Assembly: GCA_009602725.1 (NCBI GenBank)
Contig: WELB01000011.1
Coordinates: 794,748 to 858,747, forward strand
DNA length: 64,000 bases
Source of the DNA: Spirogloea muscicola
Taxonomy: Eukaryota
Direction: 5' to 3'
The position numbers were made by a program, and so were the translations under genes. The notes below the pieces were generated by a model. The model did no database searches, was not told the DNA's origin, and worked only from the letters and a program-made list of their open reading frames with translations. This document shows positions 1 through 12,000 of the stretch, piece by piece. Each line of letters begins with the position of its first letter. The first letter of the stretch is position 1.

Positions 1-3000
1 CGCCACCGCGGCGGCCGCCGGCTGCCTGCGCCCGGCGCTGCTGCGCCTCGTCGAGCGCGTCGTCGGCGACGCCCGCCTCACCGGCAGCGATGCAGCGCAC
101 GAGCGCACCGCCGTGGCCCTCGGCGTCCTGCTGCAGCTCTTCCCGCACCTCCTGCCGTGAGCAGCCACCAGCGCTCCACCACCAAGCCGTCTCCTCTCCT
201 CGTTGTTTAGCCCGCTCCCTGGCTTTGGTGGCACGAAGGGTTTGACAATTGCCGTTCGGTATCCGGGCATCAGTTAGCGCCCTCTTTGTGCTGGCTGACT
301 CGTGCTTACCTGAGCGGGTCAGCTTTGCAGCAGGTGATGTACACCTGTCAATGATGCTTGCCCTCCCTACTTGGCCACTCAGGCCCTCCATCAGTCGATA
401 CACACTCCAATCCTTGCTCCACCGTGGCAGCCCACCATCGTGGCCGGTGACCTCGCGAAAGCCGCCAATGAACCCCGAGCTTGCAATTCGGGTCTGTCTC
501 CCTGATGTTGCGCTGCGACGACGCTGCCGTGGCGCCCAGGCTTGTGCAGGAGTACTTCTCCTTCGCCCCGCCGCCTTTTGCCCGCCTGCTGCCACGCCCG
601 GCCGGCGCTCTGCCATTCAGCGCTGCACCGGTGAGCTCCCATGCGTCTCGCTGGGACACTGCAATTGCCATTATCAAGAGCTGGGGTTAGGGTTCACCTT
701 GAACTCTAAATCCTAAACCCTAAACGCTAAATATAAGCTTCTAACGTGCCCTTGGTGTAATGGCAGGAGCTCTCGGTAGTGGACATCCTCGCGGCCTCGT
801 ACCGGCTGCTCACGGCGGAGGCAGCCATCTTTGGGCCGCTGTGGGACTGGTCGGCGCTGGCCAGCCTCCTCCTCCCGCAGTCAGCGGCGGCAGCAGCGCC
901 GACATCGGAGAACTCAGTGGCTGCCCTGGGGATATGGGAGGTCGACGACGAAGGGGCCGGCGGGAGCAAGGTCCGGTGGCTGGCGGGCCAGGCCCTGGCG
1001 TTGGTCCTCCGCTTGGGTGATGGCCCCCGGCGCCGCCTCTTCGGCCACACTGCAGGGCTGCCGCGCCGCAAGGAGCTCGCCTGCATCCTTTGGTGAGAGC
1101 TGCGTCGGCAGAACGAGTAGCAGCACGAAGGTGCCACTGTGATGAGATCGGCAGGTGCAGGCCGATCTTCTGATTCGCGCTAATGGATTATTGCCTGACT
1201 TACTTTGTAAGACATTTCCTCTTGTGGTGCAGGTGGCAGGAGCTGGAGAGGCAGCTGGCGGCGGAGCGGGCGCAGTTCTTCCTCGAGCCCCTCCTCGACC
1301 CGCTATCAAGGCGGGCAACGGAAGCCTCAACGTCAGGCCCGGCGCCAAGGAGGGGAGGCCTCTATGTGTCCGTGTGCGGCGTCCAGCTGCCGCGGCGCTC
1401 CATGACCAGGTCCAGCCTTGCGCATAGCCTGATGACTACCTTGGACGTGGGCATGTAAAAGCCTAGATGAAATAAATAAGAACAGCAGTAATTAAGCTTT
1501 CAAGTTAAGAACTTCGATTACATATACAAGTTGATACGAGTTCATGCCAGATCCTACATCTGGTACTACTCAATCATCCCATGTAGCCCTTGCTTTAAAT
1601 TCTGATGAGAAGCTGTGGACGTTGGAGGCCTTCCCTAGCAGCGACAAGCCGAGAGCTGCACTGGCAGCCCTGGCCGCGGTGCCTCACGGTGATAGCATGG
1701 TGCTGACCACGACAACATCGAACAACCTGGAGGCGATCGCCATCGCGCTCTGCCGCCGGCGGCCAGTGCTGCTCGAGGGCCCCTCTGGTGTCGGCAAGTC
1801 GGCGCTGATCGACGAGGTCGCACGCCTCACAGACAACTTTGGTGCGCACCCCAATTGCCTGCTGTTAAGACACTTCAGCTCCTGAATTCTTAAGCTCTTG
1901 AAGTCCGTGAGGCTAGCTCGTATAAGATGTATCCCACATCTGGGAGGAGGTCCACTGGCACGCTGTCGGCAGGTCCAAGCCCGCCCTTGTGACTCGACGG
2001 CAGGTGGTGACATAGTCCGCTCGTTGTGCTACACACAGATGTGGTGAAGGTCCACCTGGACGACCAGATGGACAGCAAGACGCTCCTGGGCACGTACGTC
2101 TGCACTGACACCCCCGGCGAGTTCCGCTGGCAGCCTGGCGCCCTCACCCAGGTCCTCACCTGACCCCTTACATCCCCTGAATCTTGTAACTCACTGCTGC
2201 TTATAATGTCTACATGTTCAGCTCTGAGTACCGGTGTAAGGCTGTGTGCATCGGTGCTCGCTGCCATTCTTGTGCAGGCCGTTAACCAGGGCCTGTGGGT
2301 GGTCTTTGAAGACGTGGACATGGCGCCTTCTGAAGTGCTGTCAGCACTCATCCCCCTCCTAGAAGATCGCCGGCTGTACATCCCGGGCCGCGGAGAGGTG
2401 CTTGCGTGCCGTCAATCCCAAGCTGGTCGCATGTCTTGCCTCAGTGGCAACTCTGGTATCTAACAATGCTTTTGAGAAGAGATTGCTTAAAGTTTGCTGG
2501 AGCTAGCAAGCAGATCCACTTGCTTGACAAGCATTGAAAGGGGGACTTGAGCCTGCGGTGCTTGCTCTTATCCAACTTTGCATTGCAAGGGCCTGAGAGC
2601 AATTTAGTTCTGCACCGTAGTTTCGCAAGTTTTTCAAGAAACTGGGTGCAAGGTGTTCATATGTGTGCAGTATGCAAGTCTTTAATACCTGGCCCCAATT
2701 TCCAGTTCCCAGGTTGACGACCGATGCTGACCACGAACTGATGGCTGCAGGTTGTGGAAGCGCATCCTGCCTTCCAAATATTTGCAACAGTGACAACTGG
2801 AGCCAGTGGTCGAGTCCTGGCAGGTGCGGCAGTCGGGCACAGGCAGAGCATAAGGGGCTCAGCAAGCACTGTGGAGTCTAAGTAAAGATCCAGCTCCGAT
2901 CCAACCTCACTAACACCTATTATTCCTTTCCAAGCAGGCAGCGAAATATTGAGGGGATTGTGGACCCAAGTGACCATCCATCCGGCTGCTGACAACGAGC

Positions 3001-6000
3001 TGCATCACATCGTTGCGAGCAAATTCCCGGCGCTTGGGCCCATCGCTAGCAAATTGATAGGTGAGCTGCGGGCTGTACATCGCGACCAAGGTCTGCCGCT
3101 CTCTGTGGCAAGTGATTGCCGCTCTCTGTGGCAAGTGATTACAGCAGGTTGAAGTCTCTGTGAGCCGGTCAGCCCAGCTTGCAACATGTATTGAGATGTA
3201 ATTAGGAGCTTAGCGGAGTAGCCCATCCTCTCTATCACCATTGGATCCATCCATGTCTGTCTCATGGTTAGCAAGGACCTCCTTAAAAGCATCTTCTAAT
3301 TTACTGAATGTTACTAGAGGGCATCCTGGTCCTCACTTGTTGAGCTGTGGGGTTTGCTCGGCAACAACGCAGAGACGTTGAGAGCGATGAAGAGGTTCAC
3401 TGCTGAAGCCCGTCAAGCTGTCTCCACGGAGACTGTGGCATCAGGCACTGATGCAGTCTTAGTGACCCGCCAATTTTCCACCAGGTCATATGCAGCCCTG
3501 AGCCCAGCAAAGCCTGTGTGAAAATGCTAGTCTATCGCAATGAAGTAGTGAGTCATGCCTTGCCAGACGGGCCAGAGCAAGGTCTCTCTGCGTTACTTAT
3601 GTCCTCTAGCCCTGCAAGTGCAAGAAGCAAGAAGCTAGTGCCAAGGATGCAATGTGGTGTTGTGCCTGATCCTTAGATATCATGAGGTCACTAAGATAGA
3701 CACCAAGTCTACGTCAAACCCACGAGCCTCTGTGGCTCAGCCAGTTGCATCGTCCAGCATCAGATTGTGAAGTCAAGCCAGGTCATTGTAGTGAATGTGC
3801 TGTCTGCTGACTCTCTCACTGCCTTGGCTGCCGCAGAGACCTGCTCAAGTTGTGCAAACGGTTGGCCGCACTTGGAGCCTCCCTTTTTACTGGCCCAGCG
3901 CTCTCCGACCACGCTCGCGAGCTTGTCTACTTAGAGGTGCACAGTCAGACACATACTTGATTAACCGGAGACTTTGCTCAGGTTGACAGGATGCTTTGCC
4001 TCTCATTATGGTGCAAGTAGGTGCTAGTTACTCACAATGGAATGCCACATGGACGGAACGCCGTTCCAAGGATATTATAGCTGGGATTTAATGCTCAGTA
4101 CTGATGGTCACTATGTCAGCAGAATGGTACGGCTCTTGTGATCCTGATAGAGCGAGTAGATGTCGTTCTGCAGGCCCTGGATTGCTTCGTGGGCTCCGTT
4201 GCGCGCCCTGTGTACCGGCAGCACATGGCGGCCACCATTGGCAGCCTGTGGGAAGTGTCTGTCGACCGTGTCAGATACCTCCTGGCTCTTCACAAGCCCA
4301 CTATACAAGTATTTACCTGGCCTGATGCTCTGAATGCAAGGCATGACCACACATTGTAAGCAGTGATATGCTGGAGGGTGGTTCCTGGCTTCTGCTTATA
4401 CAGTGTGGAGATACTCTCACCACCTCTAGATATATCGGCATTGCTAAAGCAGCGGCATGCTTTGGTCACAGTGAGCTCAGTGCTCTGCTTTTTTTTGATG
4501 CAGATAAATACTCGGGAAGCGCACATTGGTCGTGCAACTCTTCCTGTCCGGCGTCTAGAGGTGTGACTGTCTGTTGCCGCATTCGTCATCGTTTCCTTGC
4601 TCTTCTGTGGCTGTTGCTCCATGAGTTCACCCCATGTGGGCTTATCCACTTCTGCGTGAAATTCCCTGAGCCAGGGCATGGGCACGCATCAAGGGGCTGG
4701 CAGGCCATTATTTGCTGCCACGGGCCATGTAGCCCGGCTGCTGGAGAAAATCACAGTGGCAACCAGGTCCCTTGAGCCTGTCCTGCTGGTCAGTGAAACG
4801 GGCACAGGGAAGACAGCAGCCGTGCAGTGGCTCGCTCGTCAGGCCAACGTTCCTCTCACCATTGTGGTGGGCAGGCCCAATTCCATAAGCCGAGACCCTC
4901 TAAGACAGCCTCTGTTCCTAGGACATCCAAGCGTTGTTTCCAGACACTGTTGTTGTGCCGCTCAGCGAGGGCTTGTAGACATGACTCTTCAACAGCTATG
5001 CAAATGCAATTCTCTCACCCGTTGGTCTCACTTGCTGCTGATTCCCGCTGGGTCTGGCTGTTTGAGCTGCAGAATATGAGCCAGCAGAGCGACAGCGCTG
5101 ATCTCCTTGGCGGCTTCAAGCCAATCGAGAGCCAGGCCCTTTGCGGGCCCCTCCTAGATACCTTCAATAGATTGTTCCGACGCACTTTCTCCTACCAGGT
5201 ACCTCCATTGCATGGGGCTGCCAGCTCGAGTTTCCAGCTCTAAGTCCATCCTGCTCTCAATATTTAGTGTGACTCACTGTCACGGCCAGCTCAGTCTATT
5301 CCTATGTCTTCAACTGCATCAAGTATCACTGACATGTACATAGATTACTCTAACATCCCCGTCTCTGAGTTGCTGCAGCACAATCATGACTTCCTTGCCC
5401 GACTGCAAAAGTTTGCCGAGAAGAGCAGATGGGCTCATCTGCTCAAGGCCTTTGATTTAGCTATGGAGAAAGCATCCGGTCTGCTCAAGGATAGCAAAGG
5501 CAGTCTTCTTCAGCAGGAGCAGGAGATGCAAGAAGGTCCCCGCAAGAGAAAGAAGACGAAGCAGCTTGACGACGCGGTATGCACTACTTAGGGGAGCCTG
5601 GTCATGCTTAAGCTACATCCTTGTCCTCGCACAGGACCATCTCTGTTAGTGATTCGACATTATTGTTCTGAGGCTCTCTTATTGTATACTTCTCCCCCCC
5701 ATATATTGCAGACAGTAAAAGAATGGCGAGACTTCAGGAAGGACCTGGATAGAGTCAAGCGGCAAGTGGAAGCCTCAGAGAACGCATTTGCGTTTTCCTT
5801 TGTCGAGGGAGCTCTTGTGAAGGTGCACATGCATAGTCCAGCTTTTCCTTTATGTCTGCTTGCAAGCAGGACAGGGGCGTTCATCAGAACCCCTGGGCTG
5901 GCCCTGTGGCATTCTTTCTTGTTGACTTGCGGGAATTGTCCATGTTCTGACTTGCCAACTTCAGAAACCTGGAGGACCTGGGGTGGCATAATCATCTTCG

Positions 6001-9000
6001 TTCTGTCTGAAGGCTTTGGCGATGGGAAGATGGCTGCTGCTGGATGAAATCAATCTGGCTCCTGCGGATACACTGGAGAGGCTAACCGGAGTCTTGGAAG
6101 GCGAGGCTGGATCGCTTGCTCTTACTGAACGTGGCGATGTTGCGACTGTGAGTGTGTTGATGACTATGTCTTACTGGGTCTAAGAGGGCAAACTGCACTG
6201 TTTGGCTGAGATTGCCCCTCGAGTTTCTCAGTGGGCTTTCTGATGAGCTTCATAAAGAATTACAAAAGTATCAGCAAGGCTTCTACAAGTGCTATTTGAG
6301 GTCACCAGTAGCTCACCAGTTCTGCAAGCGGGACAGTGAGCACCAGAAAGTGTCCAGAGAGTGTCCACTCGTTTCGTCAAATTCTGGTTATGGGTTTGAT
6401 GGACATAGTTTGATGGACATCTGGTGGTCTTGGTTTGAGATGCATCCTTGTCTCATGCTTCTCGCAGGTTGTAAGGCATGGAGGCTTCAGAATTTTTGCA
6501 TGTATGAACCCTGCCACCGATGTGGGCAAGAAGGACTTGCCACCGGGGCTCCGGCAGAGGTTCACTGAGATTTTTGTAGACGAGCTCACAGAACCTGAAG
6601 ACCTCTGTCCAATTGTATATCAGGTCAGGCAGCTGCGACGATCTATCAGTTACACTGCTTCTCAGAATCCTTGCAACTGGAGGCCTGCATGCTCATCGTG
6701 CACCACAGATGCCTCTGGATTTATATTGCAGTGAAGTTGACCAGCTGAGTCAGTATTGATTTGACTTGCCCTTGTTGCAGTATCTGGAAGGCACAAGCCC
6801 GTCTCCACCTGTGGATGATGTAGTAAATTTCTACTTGGCAGCACGGAGAGAAGCTGAGGTATTCCTTTCCCTCCACTGCAGTTTTCAATTTTCAGTACGT
6901 ACAATAGAGGGCATCCATGCAGATCGTTGGGCTGCAATTTGGACATCTACTGTGGTGCAGGAAAAACTGCTAGATGGAGCTAACCAGAGGCCGCAGTATA
7001 GCCTACGGACATTGACAAGGGCTCTGGAGTACACAAAGTCTGCTGTGGCAACATATGGCTTCCAGAGAGCCCTCTTTGATGGCTTCAGCATGTCATTCCT
7101 CACGCTCCTTGAGGTATATGCTTACATTACAAGCCAGGAGTGTGACAAAACGGACTGGAGTCACAGCGGTGCATACAGATCTTCAGCAATGCCAGTTTCC
7201 ATCAGTCACATGTTTAAGTAGAGGAGGCTAAGTGGATGAAAGCGTCTGTCTACCTGTGCTTGGGTTATGGTTAGTGAGGAGGCTGAGTGGATCAATGGCT
7301 GTCTGCCTGTTTTTTGTCTGCAGCGCCAGTGCAGGCCGATCATGGAGCACCTCATTGCCAAGCATCTGCTGAAGCAAGTGGGGGACTCCTCGCCCGCCTT
7401 CAAGACGCTCCTCCGCCCTCCTCCTCAGCCGAGCCCTCACCATGTCCTGTTTGAGCAATTTTGGGTTGAGGGCGGAGATGCGCTTGAGCTTGGTCCCAGT
7501 GAGACGCCGGCAGACAGCGCAGGAGGCTACGTACTTACCGAGAGTGTCCGGGAGCACCTGAAGAATCTGGCTCGAGCTGTGCTGGTCCGGAAGTACCCCA
7601 TCTTGCTGCAGGTAAGCAATTTGATAGTGTGCATCTGCGATACAATGTCTTGAATATCAGGCTAGATAGCTTATAAACCAAGCTTAACATGCTCCTGTTG
7701 ACTTTGTGTGTCTTCTGCATGACCTTCAAGACCTTGTTCAATTGACATGCAGGGGCCCACTTCCAGTGGAAAGACGAGTTTGATTGAGTACATGGCAGGA
7801 CGCACTGGGCATCGAGCTGTGCGAATCAACAACCATGAACACACTGATCTACAGGTTGATGACGACAGAACCTGGTTCTTCTGCTGTCCTTTCTTGTGGT
7901 ACTGTAGTTCAGATTATGCCAGCTCTTGCCACCAGCACAATGTGCCAATGGCGACTATTGGCTCATTACTGTTTGATTCATTACCCAGGAGTACCTGGGT
8001 TCTTACGTGACCGATGCTGCTGGTAAACTGAAGTTCCAGGTCAGTTGTATCAGTGTACCCATTCGCAGCCCCTGCTAGATGTAATCATGCTTATATTACA
8101 GTTTCCTATATGCAGTCACATGCACGTATTCCGATTTTACTTGGCACGTTTTTGACAGTGCAGTATGTGCCTGTCATCATAACAGGAGGGAATATTAGTG
8201 GAGGCCGTCAGGAAAGGCTACTGGATCATCCTGGATGAGTTGAATCTGGTAGAAACTTTGTGCAAGGTTTTGGGCTCATGGATGTGGATCTTATCTGGTT
8301 AATTCTGGTTTGATAAATCAGTCTGCAAGTGGAGCTGTGACAATGGCATGTTGTTGCGCACAGGCTCCGTCAGATGTCTTGGAAGCCCTCAACAGGCTCT
8401 TGGATGACAACCGCGAACTCTTCATCCCAGAGCTGCAGGCACGACAGTCGCTTAGCCTGCTTGATGTTCTGCTTCATTGTCGCTGAGAGAAGCCAAAGGA
8501 AACCCAGGTTTCAAAACAAGCTCAATGCTGACTTCGGCATGTTGTGGTGCTTCATGCTTCACAGATGACCATCAAGCCGCATCCTCACTTCCTGCTCTTT
8601 GCTACCCAGAATCCCCCTGGCATCTATGGGGGCCGAAAGGTGTGCGATTGTACCAGCTTGTGGGTTGCATGGAAGAGAGGATGTAGTTACTTGTGACTCA
8701 ACACAAGGATGTTGAGTCAGCTCACTGACCTCTTAAGCATGCCTTGCTTCTTGAGGTCCTTGTGCATGCAAGCATTCATTGCTGGCCTGTAGCACTGCAG
8801 GTACTGTCAAGGGCGTTCAGGAATCGCTTCATGGAGCTCCACGTTGACGACATACCTGAATCTGAATTGAGCGTGATCCTAGAGAAGAAGAGCCTCATAC
8901 CTGGGAGGTAGGCTTGCCCAGAAGCTTCAAGGCATTCACCTTTTCTTGGCAGGTTCTGAAGCGCACATTCTCTGCCATCAAGAAGGCAGGAGCACCAGAT

Positions 9001-12000
9001 GACAGATGTGGCAATGTTGCTTTTACATGGCATCATCGTTAACACCAATAATTTGTTGTGTGTGTTCATCGTATCTCATGTAGCTATGCAACGAAAATGG
9101 TCGAGGTAATGAAGGAGCTGCAGCGCCACCGGCAGCAGAGTCGGATGTTTGCTGGCAAGCATGGCTTTATCACAGCCCGGGACCTCTTTCGCTGTGCTGA
9201 CCGGCAAGCTGATGTAAGTAAATTTTACGGTCTTTTCTGAGATAATTTCTTTGTACTTATCCTGGACTGCCTGAGGAGTCACCTCATCGGTATGGACAGT
9301 ATGGCACACAAATGCAAACATCTTCTGATTTAGCCAGCTGGGAGGAGCAGGGTTATGAAGAGCTGGCCACAAACGGGTACCTGCTCCTGGCGGAGCGGCT
9401 CAGGAGTGATACAGAAAAGGCAGTGGTGCAGTCTGCTCTGGAGCGGCAGCTCCGAGTGCAACTCAACCCAGCGGCATTTCATGAGGTCAGTGTGCACAAT
9501 ATTTTGTTCCCCTTCGTAAGTTCTTAAGTCTTCATGCTGTGCTGTAAGCAGGCACAATGTCTTGCTAAATAAGTACTCATGAAGAGTAAGAAAGTGATGG
9601 CTCACGGTGCTGTAGCCGGCAGAGTGTTTGACATAGTATGTGTCTTAAGGAAGGTTAAGAAACTTTGAGGGCTCGGAGACGTAAAGACCGACATCAACTA
9701 GGCATACGAGTAGTTGGTTGTGTTTGCATTGAACATTCTTAATGCTCTTTGTGCCATAGGAGAGTGCTATTGCACAATTTGACCTGCTGAGGGAGCAGGT
9801 TGCTGCATCTGACATGGCTGCCACTCTTGGAAGGTCCGTGTGTCCTACTTGTACTGTTTACTTGACCACGTCTTGATGCCGGCACCCTGTATGCTCTTTG
9901 TAAGATTCCATGTTCAGTTGCCGGGTCCTGCATCAGAACATGGGTTACCTGTATCTCAAGCATCTAAATTTCACCTATACCTCAAGCAATTGAGGACCTT
10001 TGGCCGTGCAGATTTTAGTGCAACCTGGAGATGTGCAAGCTGTGCAATCTTGCTTCCTGATTTCTGACAGCAGATGTTGCAATATCAGGATTGTTTGGAC
10101 GCAGAGCTTCAAGCGTCTCTTCAACCTCGTAGAGCGGTGCTTGCGCCACAACGAGCCAGTGCTGCTGGTGGGTGACACCGGCACCGGAAAGACGACCGTC
10201 TGCCAATTGCTGGGGCTGCTCCGCCAGCAGCAGCTCCATGTTCTCAATTGTCACCAGCATACAGAGACATCGGACTTTCTTGGCGTAAGTTGACCTGCTC
10301 CTTGTGCTGAGCAGTGGGCTTCAGCATATCATCTTGTGCAACTTAGAACGTCGCTGTGATTGCTTGTGACTGGGACCTGAAGATCCATTAGACAGTTCTG
10401 AAGATGCAATGCACTCTGTCTGCCCTTGACTTTATACAGGGGTTTCGCCCAATTCGTGACAAGGATAGAATAAGCTCCCAGTTCTCTTCACTCTCTGCTG
10501 GCTTGATTGCTTCCGAGACATTTCAGTCTGTGAATACCACCAAGGTAGGGGATCAAACCTGCAGGGGACTTAATCATTAAATGTCCATCCTTGTGGTACT
10601 TGTCAAGCTAAGTGTCGTCTTTTGAGGGGTCAACATGAGTCTCATGCTGCGTATCTCTCTACATTGCTGCAGAGGAGCGCCATAAACGTAATTGCCGTTC
10701 ATGCAGGTCCTGTCTGGTATTGAGAATGCTTCTGCCACTCTGGCAGCAGCAAGGGCCGCTGTTCTTACCTTTGAGGAGCAGATGAAGGTTGGTGAATCGG
10801 GGCCACGAAAGCCACAGCTTCCTGCAGGCTCAGTGCAGGCTGCACATGCGGGCTTGGTGGACTTGAGGCGGAGAGTGAGCGAGATGGAGCAGCTGCAGCA
10901 GAGCTGGCACTCGCTATTTGCGTGGCACGACGGCCCGCTAGTCACAGCCATGAAAGACGGCGACATGATCCTTCTCGATGAAATATCGTTGGCCGAAGAC
11001 AGCATCTTGGAAAGACTCAACAGTGTGCTGGAGCCTAAGCGGCTATTGGTATGGCTGAAAGCCTTCATTGCAGCATCTCATATGGACCACAGCTAACCAA
11101 CTTCTGCGTATCTATCACTTGCTTTGTTTCAAACCAGGGTCTATACCATGGTACTTTGACAATCTGCATGCTCTTTGAAAGTATTGCATACGACTATTCA
11201 GTACAACCGACTTGATCTGAAACGACCATGCTGCTGCTTTCAATAGGTCCTTGCCGAGAAAGGGGGCGAGGAGGTGGAGGAGTTAATTGCAGCTCCAAAC
11301 TTTCGGTTGCTGGCAACAATGAACCCCGGAGGAGATTTTGGGAAGAAGGAACTCTCCCAGCTCTCAGGAACAGATTTACAGAGATTTGGGTTCCCGCACT
11401 TACAGACATAGCAGACCTTCATTCAATTGTGCAAGACAGGTATAGCATCACACATCGGCTGCAGCTCTTAATGGTATTAGCTTCTAAACAACAGACATTA
11501 TGTTAAGCGAGTCAGAAGTATCTCAGACCTACCCAGGAACACTGATGAATCCAATAGCAACTTGCATGCTTTTCCAGGCTTGAGAATTCAGGACTGGAGG
11601 AGCTTTTGGAGCCCCTTCTTCAATTTTGGCAGGTGCTTGATTTGTGGTCATGGCAAGCGTTTACTGTAGGAATAGGGAGGCTGTAAAAACGAACGGTGTG
11701 ATTATTGCATTTACATGTTTGTTGCCTCAAATGCTGCCCATCAAGTGATTCAGTAATTGCAAGAGCACATACTTCAAATCAGCACACGCGCAGGGAGACA
11801 CCTTGAATATGTGCACATATCCATAAACCTTGATTGCTGTATGCTTATTTCATTACTGACGACCTGGCCAAGCACCAAACGTTGGCTGTCATTGTGTGCA
11901 GTGGTGTCAGATGCTACCACAGAGCAGCAGAGTCCTCTCTATCCGAGATCTGCTGTCTTGGGTTACCTTCATCAAGAGAGCTGAGCCGTCCATAGGAATG

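Noticed and set aside
683..731. Chromosome end or telomere fusion site
   Set aside because: Only a few degenerate units, lying inside an intron of a continuous gene.
3850..3852. RDLLKLC instead of RDLLKWC in midasin AAA1
   Set aside because: Leu at this position is, as I recall, found in some functional orthologues, so it is not evidence of decay.
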